In this document: one piece after another, positions 32,218-42,204 of the stretch
Position numbering within the stretch: position 1 is the first letter of the stretch
Layout: every line of letters begins with the position of its first letter
Assembly (NCBI GenBank): GCA_964248365.1
Contig: CAXTYC010000018.1
Coordinates: forward strand, 32,001 to 96,000
DNA: 64,000 nt
Reading direction: 5' to 3'
Source: an uncultured Chroococcidiopsis sp.
GTDB taxonomy: Bacteria; Cyanobacteriota; Cyanobacteriia; Cyanobacteriales; Chroococcidiopsidaceae
Made by a program: the position numbers and the translations under genes
Notes under the pieces: model-generated
Told to the model about the DNA's origin: nothing
What the model saw: the letters and a program-made list of their open reading frames with translations, nothing else
Databases searched by the model: none

Positions 32218-34206
32218 CTACTGCCAAATTTTAATCGTTTTGTCTTTACTACTGCTAACCAAAGTTTGATCGGTTGGACTAGTGGCGATCGCTAACACCC
32301 AGTCTTTATGACCTGTAAGGGTTTGAAGGAATTTCCCTGTTTGCACATTCCAAATTTTAATTGTCTGATCGTTACTGGCGCTGGCAAGAGTTTTTCCATC
32401 TTTGCTAAAGGCAACACCAATCACGCGATCTTTATGCCCATCTAATGTATGCAGTTTTTCCCCACTCTGCCAATTCCAAATTTTAATTGTCTTGTCCCAA
32501 CTACCACTAGCAAGCTTCTGCCCATCAGGACTAAATACAACATCTCTCACTGCATCATTATGCCCCGATAGCTTACGCAGCAGCTTCCCTGTTTGCACAT
32601 TCCAAATATTGATAGTTTTATCAACGCCACCACTGGCTAGAGTGCGCCCATCAGGACTAAAGGCGACAGAAAAAACTTTCCTTTGATGCCCTGGAAGTGT
32701 TTGAAGTAATTCGCCAGTCTGCAAATTCCACAGATTGACTTTACCATCTTCACCACCGCTGGCTAGAGTGCGCCCCTGGGGGCTAATAGCTACAGACCAA
32801 ACTGCACCCCTATGCCCCTTGAGTGTACCCAACAGCTTGCTAGTGTATAAATTCCATACCTTGATTGTCTGATCTGCACTCCCACTTACAAGGGTTTGTC
32901 CATCAGGACTAAGGGCAACTGACCGTACTGTATTAGAATGCCCAGTCAATGTTTGACTCAATTGCCCAGTTTTGAGATTCCAAACTTTTATCGTATCGTC
33001 TTCACTGCCACTTACCAAAGTCTGTCCATCACGGCTAATTGCCACAGCCCACACTGAGTTAGTATGCTCGGTTAACGTGCGGGTAAGGGAAAATTTGTCA
33101 TAAGCCACCGAAGATGTTGTCGAGGTAAGTTGAGTGTGGGAGAGGGAAGGCAAAACATTCTTACGTTGGCGCAGGGCATAGTAAGTTCCCAAAATCAGTC
33201 CCAAGACAGAGGTAACACCAATTGCTATCCCTAGCCACAAGGCCATATTTGAACGGCGGCGGCTTTTGGTGGTTTGATTGGTTTTTGCCCCAGAAAGTGG
33301 CTTAGACGAATTGCTTGCACTAGCTATTGGGGCTGACTTCAACTTGTGTGGTGCATATAGTGCCACCAACGGTTGTAGCGCAGCTAACACTTCGGTTGCT
33401 GACTGATAGCGATCGCTGAAGTGGTAGCGTACCATTTGATTTATAATTGCTGCTAATTCTGGACTCACCTGTGCCAAGTGTTGCCAAATCACTTCCCCAG
33501 TTTCACCGTCTTCAAGTAACAAAGTCGGCTGCATTCCTGTCAGGGCTTGAATAGCTACGATCCCCAAGGCATAAATATCGCTATTCGGTCGCGGTCGTCC
33601 TCGACTCTGTTCGCTGGGCATATATCCAGGAGTACCTATCGCTACCGTCGCCGGAATTCCTACCGCATAGTTGGCATTAGTTTGACCATGAGATGTGACT
33701 ACTTGTGTCCATGCTTGTTTAACGCTGCCAAAATCTATTAGTACTAGTTGTCCGTCTTTGGAACGGCGTATCAAGTTGCTAGGTTTGATATCACGATGAA
33801 TTAGTCCATGAGCGTGTACTACTTCCAAAATGCTTAGGACTTCATACAACAACTCAACCACTTGGCTTTCATTCCACCGCACTCCAGGCAACAAAATTGC
33901 ACTCAACGCCTGACCAGCGATGTATTCTTGTACTAAATAAAATTGCTGGTTCTCTTCAAAGTAGTCTAGTAGCTGTGGTACTTGCGAATAAGTGCCGAGT
34001 TTTTCTAAGGCTGCGACTTCTCTAGTAAATAAGCGCCGTAGACTAGACATCGAAGAGGTCTGAATGTTTGGCGGCAATAGGTGTTTAATCACACAAGGAG
34101 TCGGTGGATTTTGGCTAATGTCGTGTGCCAAGTAGGTTTGACAGTAGCTGCTGCTACTGAGGATTTGCACTACTTGATATCGCTCTTTGATGATTTCACC
34201 TAGCAT
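32218..34206 (-). CDS. Ser/Thr protein kinase with TM helix and WD40 repeats
   Basis: HRDIKPSN, DFG and GTPGY. Seven GH...WD/WN-type repeats. Confidence 0.93.
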   Translation of the reverse strand: MLGEIIKERYQVVQILSSSSYCQTYLAHDISQNPPTPCVIKHLLPPNIQTSSMSSLRRLFTREVAALEKLGTYSQVPQLLDYFEENQQFYLVQEYIAGQALSAILLPGVRWNESQVVELLYEVLSILEVVHAHGLIHRDIKPSNLIRRSKDGQLVLIDFGSVKQAWTQVVTSHGQTNANYAVGIPATVAIGTPGYMPSEQSRGRPRPNSDIYALGIVAIQALTGMQPTLLLEDGETGEVIWQHLAQVSPELAAIINQMVRYHFSDRYQSATEVLAALQPLVALYAPHKLKSAPIASASNSSKPLSGAKTNQTTKSRRRSNMALWLGIAIGVTSVLGLILGTYYALRQRKNVLPSLSHTQLTSTTSSVAYDKFSLTRTLTEHTNSVWAVAISRDGQTLVSGSEDDTIKVWNLKTGQLSQTLTGHSNTVRSVALSPDGQTLVSGSADQTIKVWNLYTSKLLGTLKGHRGAVWSVAISPQGRTLASGGEDGKVNLWNLQTGELLQTLPGHQRKVFSVAFSPDGRTLASGGVDKTINIWNVQTGKLLRKLSGHNDAVRDVVFSPDGQKLASGSWDKTIKIWNWQSGEKLHTLDGHKDRVIGVAFSKDGKTLASASNDQTIKIWNVQTGKFLQTLTGHKDWVLAIATSPTDQTLVSSSKDKTIKIWQ

Positions 34207-34580
34207 TGTGAGAATTGCATGAGCTTTTGCTAATAATCGTCATCTTTGAGAAAACCTGCTCTGATTTACTGTGCTTGGTTGCGAAAATGTGTTGCAACCT
34301 TTATGATGAATCATTTTCTGATTGATTGAGGTAGGGAGTGGGCAGAATTTCTACTTAATGAAACATAAGGGCAATTGCTCAATAACTGCCTTTTTAGGAT
34401 AATGCTATCCAATTAAAAATACATTTATCTATTAATGTTAATGCAGGAATCAGCAGCAAAATAATTCGTAATTGGGCGCTTCGTAATTCGTAATTGTCTT
34501 CATGTCCATCTCTCCCTCGAAGATCGCCCCTGTCTTTTGATAAAGTCTAAAATTGCTGCCCCTTTCAACAACAGGTAGAT

Positions 34581-35639
34581 ATGAAAGCACAGGTATTTCG
34601 AGGTGTCAATCGGTTAAGTTACGAAGAATTACCAATTCCGACCCTTGCTCCCGATGAAGTTTTGGTACAGGTGCGAGTGGTGGGTTTGTGTCAGTCCGAT
34701 ATCAAAAAGATTCGTTATCCTCTCTATGAACCACCGCGCATTTTTGGACATGAAACAGCTGGGGTAATTGCCGCTGTGGGAGAGGAAGTATCTCGTTGGC
34801 AAGTGGGACAGCGCGTAGTCGTGATGCACCACATTCCTTGTATGCGCTGTAGCTATTGTCTCAACGACAATTTCTCCATGTGTGATGTCTACAAAAATAT
34901 CTCGACAACAGCTGGTTTTACTCCCAGTGGCGGCGGCTTTGCTGAGTATGTCAAAGTTCCGAGTCATATTGTCCGCAACGGCGGTTTAATTCCTATCCCC
35001 GCTGAAGTCAGCTTTGAAGAGGCTAGTTTTGTCGAGCCTACTAATTGTTGCCTCAAAGCAGTCAAAAAAGCCTCTATTGCCCCAGGACAAACAATTCTAG
35101 TCACGGGGGCAGGACCAATTGGTTTGATGTTTGTCATGTTGGTGAAATATTTCGGTGCAAGAGCAATAGCCACCGATCTCTTGCCTTCTCGCCTTGAAAA
35201 AGCCAAGGCTTTGGGGGCAGAAGCTGCTTTTGATGCTAGAGATCCTGATCTACCAGCAAAAATACTTGCACTTACAGATGGTATGGGAGTTGATACTACT
35301 GTGCTTGCTGTTCCCAGTGAAAAAGCTTTCTTCCAAGCACTCGATTGTACTCGTAAAGGAGGCAAAATTCTCTTTTTTGCTGAGTTTCCTGAACAGGTGC
35401 AAATTCCCATTAACCCTAACATTCTTTACCGCCGTGAAATTAACTTAATGGGTAGCTACAGTTCATCTTTCCGCCTGCAAAGTCTTGCCGCTGATATTGT
35501 ATTTAATCGCCGCATTGATGTGCAAGCTTTAATTAGCGATCGCTATTCGCTGCAACAGTTGTCAGCAGCTGTAGAACTTGCTATTAATCCCAGCCCCAAC
35601 ACTTTCAAAATTCTCATCTATCCTCCACAAGGTGGGTAG
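34581..35639 (+). CDS. Zinc-dependent (MDR) dehydrogenase
   Basis: GLCQSD, GHE, CxxCxxC and GAGPIG. Confidence 0.9.
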   Translation: MKAQVFRGVNRLSYEELPIPTLAPDEVLVQVRVVGLCQSDIKKIRYPLYEPPRIFGHETAGVIAAVGEEVSRWQVGQRVVVMHHIPCMRCSYCLNDNFSMCDVYKNISTTAGFTPSGGGFAEYVKVPSHIVRNGGLIPIPAEVSFEEASFVEPTNCCLKAVKKASIAPGQTILVTGAGPIGLMFVMLVKYFGARAIATDLLPSRLEKAKALGAEAAFDARDPDLPAKILALTDGMGVDTTVLAVPSEKAFFQALDCTRKGGKILFFAEFPEQVQIPINPNILYRREINLMGSYSSSFRLQSLAADIVFNRRIDVQALISDRYSLQQLSAAVELAINPSPNTFKILIYPPQGG

Positions 35640-35758
35640 TCTTGATCACAATTCAAAATCTCACCAGGGAGAGATTTTTGCTTTTTTTTGCTAAAATGAG
35701 CCACTTTTTATTTATTATCTATCTCATGATAGATGTTTTGTGGTGAATCTTACTACCT

Positions 35759-36130
35759 ATGGACGCATCCTCTCCTACGCGGGGGCAACTAGAACGCACC
35801 CTATCGCAGCGGATTCAAGCATTATATCGGACTCAGCTTGAGCATCAACCAAGTAAAGTGACTTGTCAACTTTTCGATGAAAAAATTGCTATCATTTTGG
35901 AGGATTCTATTACCCAAGCAGAGCAACTTCTGTTTGAAAATGGTCAAGAAGAATTGGCAGAAAAAGTAAGATCTCAGTTAGACGAGGCACTTCAGCCACA
36001 ACTAAGAGAACTGATTGAGGAGGTAGTCGGAGTAGATGTAGTTGACATATTAAGCAATGCAAAATTAGCAACAGGTCGTACAGCTACAGTTGCGATTTTG
36101 GCTCATCCACCTCAAGTCCGCAATCTATAA
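35759..36130 (+). CDS. DUF2294 (MpsC-like) protein, copy 1
   Basis: GQLERTLSQRIQALY...HQPSKV.C...LEDSIT..E..L...TGRT. Confidence 0.8.
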   Translation: MDASSPTRGQLERTLSQRIQALYRTQLEHQPSKVTCQLFDEKIAIILEDSITQAEQLLFENGQEELAEKVRSQLDEALQPQLRELIEEVVGVDVVDILSNAKLATGRTATVAILAHPPQVRNL

Positions 36131-36459
36131 TAGAGGCAAAATGTTGGATCTTAGATTGAGAGTCTTGGGTTTTTAATTTTATATTTTAGATTTTGGATGA
36201 TTGATTACTCCAAAATATCTTTAACACCTAACACCCAACCATCTAACATCCTGATCGTAAAATGCCTGATGGAAATAAATTCCTTAGAGGTGAGATGTTG
36301 AAACTTTGGATTAGAACGTTTGTAAGGCGCACATTCTTAGAAGTTAAAATCGCCCTTGACAATTGAAACCTTTAAGCTGGCATTTTAAACCTACACTGCA
36401 CTGCAAACCTTCAAACCTTCAAACTTTCTCACTCCACACTCAGATTGACCCAAATCATT

Positions 36460-36891
36460 CTACTCAAAAGACTTTATTTCAAAGATGTATTTACGTATAA
36501 TTGTTTCTATATCCTCAATGTTGTAAGGCTTTGTCACACAGTCAACACACCCTGCTACTAGAAAGCGTTCTTTGTCTTCTACCCTTGCCATAGCCGTAAC
36601 AGCAACAATTGGAATATTTTTAGTTTGTGGATCATGCTTCAAATTACAGCTAACTTCTATACCACTCATATCAGGCAACATCATATCCAAAAGAATTAAA
36701 TCAGGTTGACGATTTTTTGCCAACGATATTGTGGTTTCACCATCAGCAGCAGTAATAAATGAACACTCCATTAGTTCTAGTAATTGAGTTAGTAACTGCA
36801 AATTATCTTCATTGTCATCAACAACTAAAACTAGAGGCTGATTTATATTTTTCTGAGTATCGGTATTAAAGCGGCGCTGTAAATTCATCAT
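36460..36891 (-). CDS. Single-domain response regulator (DivK/CheY-like), copy 1
   Basis: VVDD, LLDMMLP, VTA and KP. Confidence 0.93.
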   Translation of the reverse strand: MMNLQRRFNTDTQKNINQPLVLVVDDNEDNLQLLTQLLELMECSFITAADGETTISLAKNRQPDLILLDMMLPDMSGIEVSCNLKHDPQTKNIPIVAVTAMARVEDKERFLVAGCVDCVTKPYNIEDIETIIRKYIFEIKSFE

Positions 36892-36983
36892 TGATTTGTT
36901 GGGGGTAGTCGTAGAATTATGAGTTTCTCGGTTGCAAGAGTTAGCAACTGCTGCAATTAGGTTTCACAAGTGTGGTTTCTACG

Positions 36984-37038
36984 ACGAGGCATTCCCCAAG
37001 CGGCGTATCCGGCGCTTGTAATGAATTGGCTCGTAATT
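36984..37038 (-). promoter_or_regulatory. Conserved 55-nt structured leader motif, copy 1
   Basis: 46/55 identical to 38476-38530. Three-helix hairpin on the minus strand. Confidence 0.7.
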
Positions 37039-37536
37039 GTTCCTCTAGGTTACTTATCCTTTGTGACGTTCACAAAACAATATAGCAAGCTAGCAAGAGC
37101 AAGTAACTTATTTGAATTTTACATTAAATTAGTCAGCGCTCACAGCATATTAAATAACCAAGCGGGGAAAGGGGGCAAGGGGGAAGGGAAGTAGGGTGGG
37201 CATTGCCCACCTAATACCAGAAGTATTTGCATTAAATTATCGCCTGGATGCTCTTGCCTCCTACGCCTGCTTCCAAGGCTAAAGATAGAGGCAAGAGCCT
37301 CCTACGCCTCGTTCCAAGGCTAAGCCTTGGAACCAAAATAGAGGCTCTAGTCTCTTTTAAATACTGGTATTGGTGACATATCTGTTCCCTTCTTCCGAGC
37401 TAGAGGCTGGTAACGAGGTGTCATAATTTATTCTCCTAAAGAAATACCTCTTTAGGCTGTTTAAGGCGATCGCCTCGCCTGCTAATGTCAAAAAAAATCT
37501 TTAGATTTTGCTGCTTGATTGAGAAAACAAACTTTT

Positions 37537-37911
37537 ATGGATAAATATTCAGTATTAACTCCTGAGCAGCTAGAATACAACCTCTCACAGCGATTGATAG
37601 TGCTATACCAAACCAGCCTGGGACATCAACTCGGTCACGTCTCTTGTAAGCTGGTTGATAAGACAATTACAATTGTCGCCGAAGATTCTATTACTTGTCT
37701 GGAGCAATTTCTGCTCAAGAATAATCAATACGAACTAGCAAAGCAAGTTAGATTAACCCTACACAAAGTTTTTGAACCAGATTTAAAGTTTTTATTTGAA
37801 GAAGTGGTAAATGTACCTGTCTTAGATGTAATCTGTGATAGTGTCTTCCCTACTGGTCGTACTAGTATTGTTGCTGTTTTAGCCGTTCTGCCTGATATCG
37901 TTTCTAGTTAA
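37537..37911 (+). CDS. DUF2294 (MpsC-like) protein, copy 2
   Basis: EQLEYNLSQRL..LY...LGHQ...EDSIT..E...TGRT, paralog of 35759-36130. Confidence 0.78.
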   Translation: MDKYSVLTPEQLEYNLSQRLIVLYQTSLGHQLGHVSCKLVDKTITIVAEDSITCLEQFLLKNNQYELAKQVRLTLHKVFEPDLKFLFEEVVNVPVLDVICDSVFPTGRTSIVAVLAVLPDIVSS

Positions 37912-37988
37912 ATATATATCTTTATAAAATATATCTTTATAAATTAGCAATTAGCTCTTAACAATTATGCTCCCACTAGCTGCGTGCA

Positions 37989-38420
37989 TCAACAGCAAGT
38001 CAGAGAATATCTTGCACTTAAATGGTAATGGATGACAGCTTCTAGATCGTCTAGCATATACGGCTTGCTAACATAATCATCGCACCCTGCTAAAAATAAG
38101 CGATCGCGGTCTTCAAGTCGTGCTAAAGCAGTGACAGCAATGACTGGAATAGTCATAGTTTGCGGGTTTTGCTTGAGTTGGCGCACTACTTCTATGCCAC
38201 TAATATCCGGCAACATCACATCTAATAAAATTAAAGCTGGCTGTTGCTCTAGTGCTAAATTGAGAGCCTGTTGACCATAAGTAGCAGTTATGACTGAGCA
38301 GCTTAAAGGTGTGAGGACTTCCGTTAGTAGTAATAAATTGTCTTCATCATCGTCTACAGCTAAAACCAGAGGCTGATGAATAATTCTGGATTGCTGATTA
38401 CTCTGAAGTATAAGTTCCAA
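37989..38420 (-). CDS. Single-domain response regulator, copy 2
   Basis: AVDDD, LLDVMLP, VTA and KP. TTG start with a GGAGG SD. Confidence 0.93.
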   Translation of the reverse strand: MELILQSNQQSRIIHQPLVLAVDDDEDNLLLLTEVLTPLSCSVITATYGQQALNLALEQQPALILLDVMLPDISGIEVVRQLKQNPQTMTIPVIAVTALARLEDRDRLFLAGCDDYVSKPYMLDDLEAVIHYHLSARYSLTCC

Positions 38421-38475
38421 TTCTAACCTCCGTTAAGGGATAGTCAAACAGTAATCTCCTCATCCCCAAAAAATA

Positions 38476-38530
38476 ACGAGGCATTCCTCAAGCGGCGGTA
38501 AAGGCACTTGTAATGGATTGGCTCGCAATT
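38476..38530 (-). promoter_or_regulatory. Conserved 55-nt structured leader motif, copy 2
   Basis: See copy 1. The two stem substitutions give G-U pairs on the minus strand. Confidence 0.7.
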
Positions 38531-38766
38531 AACTCCTTGGCTAATGCTGGCGCACTAATAGGAAAAATAGCACCAGCGAAGTGCTATAAATTACATTCCC
38601 ATGTAATTCTAACCAACATTCAGCCAAAAAGTGAAGTTTTTGTAAATTAATTACATAAGATTCCGGTCTATCTGAAGTTATCGTAAAGATACCCTAAATT
38701 ACCTAGCTATGTCTGTATGCATCTTTACAAATATTAGCTTAAACTTAAGCTTTTTTTAAGGAAATA

Positions 38767-38833
38767 AAAGGGAAAAGGGAAAAGGGTAAAGGGTAAAGGG
38801 TAAAGGGAAAAGGGTAAAGGGAAAAGGGTAAAG
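38767..38833. repeat. Heptamer tandem repeat (STRR-type) AAAGGG(A/T). Similar arrays throughout, e.g. 10430-10540, 14550-14700, 40287-40460, 45620-45690, 63950-64000
   Basis: Direct reading of the sequence. Confidence 0.9.
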
Positions 38834-38922
38834 GATACTTCGTAATTATATTGATCTCCCCATCGGACACTCTCCCCCTCCTCTTCTGGTTCCACTAGTC
38901 ACTGATTAAGGAGGCATTATAC

Positions 38923-40287
38923 ATGGCGATCGCTACTATAAATCCAGACTCTGGAGAAACGCTCAAGACGTTTGAACCACTGACCCAGTCAGAAATTGCC
39001 CAGAAGTTGGATTTGGCGCAAAGTGCCGAGAAGCAATACCGTCAGATTTCGATGGCGCAAAGATCCCAGTGGATGAATGCAACCGCTGATATTTTAGAGC
39101 AAGACAAAGAAAAATTTGGCAAGCTGATGACCTTGGAAATGGGGAAACCGCTAAAAAGCGCGATCGCAGAGGTAGAAAAATGCGCCTTGGTTTGTCGCTA
39201 CTACGCCGATCACGCAGCAGAATTTCTGGCTGATGTGCCAGTAAAAACCGATGCAAGCCATAGCTTTATTCGCTACCAACCGTTGGGTATCGTCCTGGCG
39301 GTGATGCCTTGGAATTTTCCTTTTTGGCAAGTATTCCGTTTTGCCGCCCCAGCGCTGATGGCGGGTAATATGGGATTACTTAAACACTCTTCCAATGTGC
39401 CGCAGTGTGCCTTAGCAATTGAAGATATTTTTCAACAAGCAGGTTTCCCCGATGGAGTATTTCAAACTTTATTAGTAGGATCAGAGCAAGTCGCTGCCTT
39501 AATTGCAGATGAGAGAGTCAAAGCAGCAACTTTGACCGGAAGTGAACCTGCTGGCGCAAGTTTAGCCGCCGCCGCAGGGAAACAAATTAAGAAAACCGTT
39601 TTGGAATTGGGAGGAAGTGACCCGTTTATTGTCACAGCAAGCGCCGATTTAGAAGCAGCTGTGACAACAGCTGTTGCAGCACGGATGCTCAATAACGGAC
39701 AATCTTGTATTGCGGCAAAACGGTTTATAGTAGAAGAGGCGATCGCCGACGCTTTTGAAAAACAGCTAATCGAGAAATTTGAAAAACTCAAAATAGGCGA
39801 TCCGATGCTTCCAGATACCGACATTGGACCACTCGCAACACCAGGTATTCTCAAGGATTTAGATCAGCAAGTCCAACAAAGTGTCAAGCTGGGAGCAAAA
39901 GTTTTGACTGGGGGACAACCTTTGTCACGTCCTGGTAACTTCTACCCGCCGACAATTCTTACCGATATTCCGGCTGGGAGTCCAGCCGAAAAGGAAGAAT
40001 TTTTTGGACCTGTGGCGCTGTTGTTTCGGGTAGCGGATCTTGATGCAGCCATAAAGCTGGCTAATGATTCACCATTTGGCTTAGGTGCAAGTGCGTGGAC
40101 GACAGATGAAAAAGAACGCGATCGCCTAATTTCTGAAATAGAGGCAGGAGCAGTGTTTATCAATGGTATGGTCAAATCCGATCCCCGACTGCCGTTTGGT
40201 GGCATTAAGCGTTCTGGATATGGAAGAGAATTAGGAATACTCGGCATCCATGAGTTCGTTAATGTTAAAACGGTGTGGGTAAGGTAG
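38923..40287 (+). CDS. gabD: Succinate-semialdehyde dehydrogenase
   Basis: MPWNFP, LELGGSDP, GQSCIA, EEFFGP and FGGIKRSGYGRE. Confidence 0.9.
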   Translation: MAIATINPDSGETLKTFEPLTQSEIAQKLDLAQSAEKQYRQISMAQRSQWMNATADILEQDKEKFGKLMTLEMGKPLKSAIAEVEKCALVCRYYADHAAEFLADVPVKTDASHSFIRYQPLGIVLAVMPWNFPFWQVFRFAAPALMAGNMGLLKHSSNVPQCALAIEDIFQQAGFPDGVFQTLLVGSEQVAALIADERVKAATLTGSEPAGASLAAAAGKQIKKTVLELGGSDPFIVTASADLEAAVTTAVAARMLNNGQSCIAAKRFIVEEAIADAFEKQLIEKFEKLKIGDPMLPDTDIGPLATPGILKDLDQQVQQSVKLGAKVLTGGQPLSRPGNFYPPTILTDIPAGSPAEKEEFFGPVALLFRVADLDAAIKLANDSPFGLGASAWTTDEKERDRLISEIEAGAVFINGMVKSDPRLPFGGIKRSGYGRELGILGIHEFVNVKTVWVR

Positions 40288-40485
40288 GGACTAGGGGCTA
40301 GGGGCTAGGGGCTGGGGAAAGGGAAAAGGGAAAAGGGAAAAGGAAACAATTATCAATTATCAATTATCAATTATCAATTGTTCATTGTTCATTGTTCATT
40401 GCTCCCACTCTCCCCTGATTCCCACTCTCCCCCTCTCCCTAGCCCCTAGCCCCTAGCAAGCGCCCCTAGTTAAGGAGAAAGTTAA

Positions 40486-42129
40486 ATGAATACAGCGGAA
40501 TTATTGGTGCAATGTCTGGAAAATGAAGGCGTACAATACATCTTTGGACTTCCAGGGGAAGAAAATCTGCACGTCTTGGAGGCGATCAAGAAGTCTTCGA
40601 TTCAATTTATTACTACTCGTCATGAACAGGGTGCGGCATTCATGGCTGATGTGTATGGGCGCTTAACTGGGAAAGCTGGGGTATGCCTTTCTACCTTGGG
40701 ACCTGGTGCTACCAACTTGATGACGGGAGTGGCAGATGCTAACTTAGATGGTGCGCCTCTGGTGGCAATTACCGGACAGGTGGGAACGGATCAAATGCAT
40801 ATTGAGGCACATCAGTACCTTGATTTAGTGGCGATGTTTGCGCCAGTAACGAAATGGAATACCCAGATTGTGCGACCGAGTAATACACCAGAAATTGTAC
40901 GCAAAGCATTTAAGCGATCGCAAAGTGAAAAACCAGGCGCAGTTCACATCGATTTGCCAGAAAATATTGCTGCTATGCCAGCTGTGGGTAAACCACTAAG
41001 TACAGACAAGTTGGAAAAAACCTATGCTTCTTTTCAAAGTATTAACGCCGCCGCCGCCGCCATATCCCAAGCGCAAAATCCTTTAATCTTAGTTGGCAAT
41101 GGGGCAATTCGGGCAAATGCTAGTGATGCTGTTACCAAATTTGCTACCCAGTTGAATATTCCAGTAGCGAATACTTTTATGGGTAAAGGGGTGTTTCCCT
41201 ACACTCATCCCCTAGCTTTGTGGGCAGTAGGATTACAACTACGGGATTATATCAGTTGTGCTTTTGATCGTGCAGATTTGGTAATTGCGATTGGCTATGA
41301 CTTGATTGAATATTCACCCAAACGGTGGAATCCTGACGGTAAGATTCCGATTGTTCATGTTGGTGTTAACCCAGCAGAAATTGATAGTAGCTATATTCCT
41401 ATAGCTGAAGTATTGGGAGATATTTCTGATTCCCTAGAAGAAATTTTAAACCGATCAGATAGACAGGGAAAACCCGATCCGTTTGCCTTGGAATTACGGG
41501 CAGATATTCGCGCTGATTATGAACAGTATACCCAAGATGATGGATTTCCGATTAAGCCGCAAAAACTTATTTATGACCTCAGACAGGTGATGGGACCAGA
41601 AGATATTGTAATTTCTGATGTCGGGGCGCATAAAATGTGGATCGCCCGTCACTATCATTGCGATCGCCCCAATACTTGCCTGATTTCCAATGGTTTCGCT
41701 GCGATGGGCATTGCCATTCCAGGCGCGATCGCTGCCAAGCTAGTTCATCCAGAACGCAAAGTGGTGGCTGCAACTGGAGATGGTGGTTTTATGATGAATT
41801 GTCAGGAATTAGAAACGGCGTTGCGGGTTGGTACGCCGTTTGTCACGCTCATTTTCAATGATGGGGGTTACGGCTTAATTGAATGGAAGCAGCAAAATCA
41901 ATTCGGTGAAGCATCTTTTGTCCATTTTGGCAACCCCGATTTTGTCAAATTAGCCTCAAGCATGGGGCTAAAAGGTTATCGAGTTGAATCGGCAGCCGAC
42001 TTGATTCCCACGCTCAAAACCGCTTTAGCTCAAGATGTACCTGCCGTAATTGATTGCCCTGTAGACTACCGCGAAAATTACCGCTTTACCCAAAAAGCTG
42101 GTGATTTGAGTTGTAAGATGTGGCAGTAG
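40486..42129 (+). CDS. ThDP enzyme (ALS-like), most likely 2-oxoglutarate decarboxylase
   Basis: FGLPGEEN, RHEQGA and GDGGF..N. Adjacent to SSADH as in the cyanobacterial TCA bypass. Confidence 0.82.
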   Translation: MNTAELLVQCLENEGVQYIFGLPGEENLHVLEAIKKSSIQFITTRHEQGAAFMADVYGRLTGKAGVCLSTLGPGATNLMTGVADANLDGAPLVAITGQVGTDQMHIEAHQYLDLVAMFAPVTKWNTQIVRPSNTPEIVRKAFKRSQSEKPGAVHIDLPENIAAMPAVGKPLSTDKLEKTYASFQSINAAAAAISQAQNPLILVGNGAIRANASDAVTKFATQLNIPVANTFMGKGVFPYTHPLALWAVGLQLRDYISCAFDRADLVIAIGYDLIEYSPKRWNPDGKIPIVHVGVNPAEIDSSYIPIAEVLGDISDSLEEILNRSDRQGKPDPFALELRADIRADYEQYTQDDGFPIKPQKLIYDLRQVMGPEDIVISDVGAHKMWIARHYHCDRPNTCLISNGFAAMGIAIPGAIAAKLVHPERKVVAATGDGGFMMNCQELETALRVGTPFVTLIFNDGGYGLIEWKQQNQFGEASFVHFGNPDFVKLASSMGLKGYRVESAADLIPTLKTALAQDVPAVIDCPVDYRENYRFTQKAGDLSCKMWQ

Positions 42130-42204
42130 AAGAGGGGCTAGGGGCTAGAGGCTAGGGGCTAGGGAACAAAGGACAAGGGGACAAGAAGACAATTAGCGCG
42201 CCAG

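Noticed and set aside
36970..37194. 74-aa plus-strand ORF, and possible uORFs across the conserved leader motif
   Set aside because: The reading frame and start are not conserved between the two copies, and the substitutions fit RNA pairing rather than codon positions.
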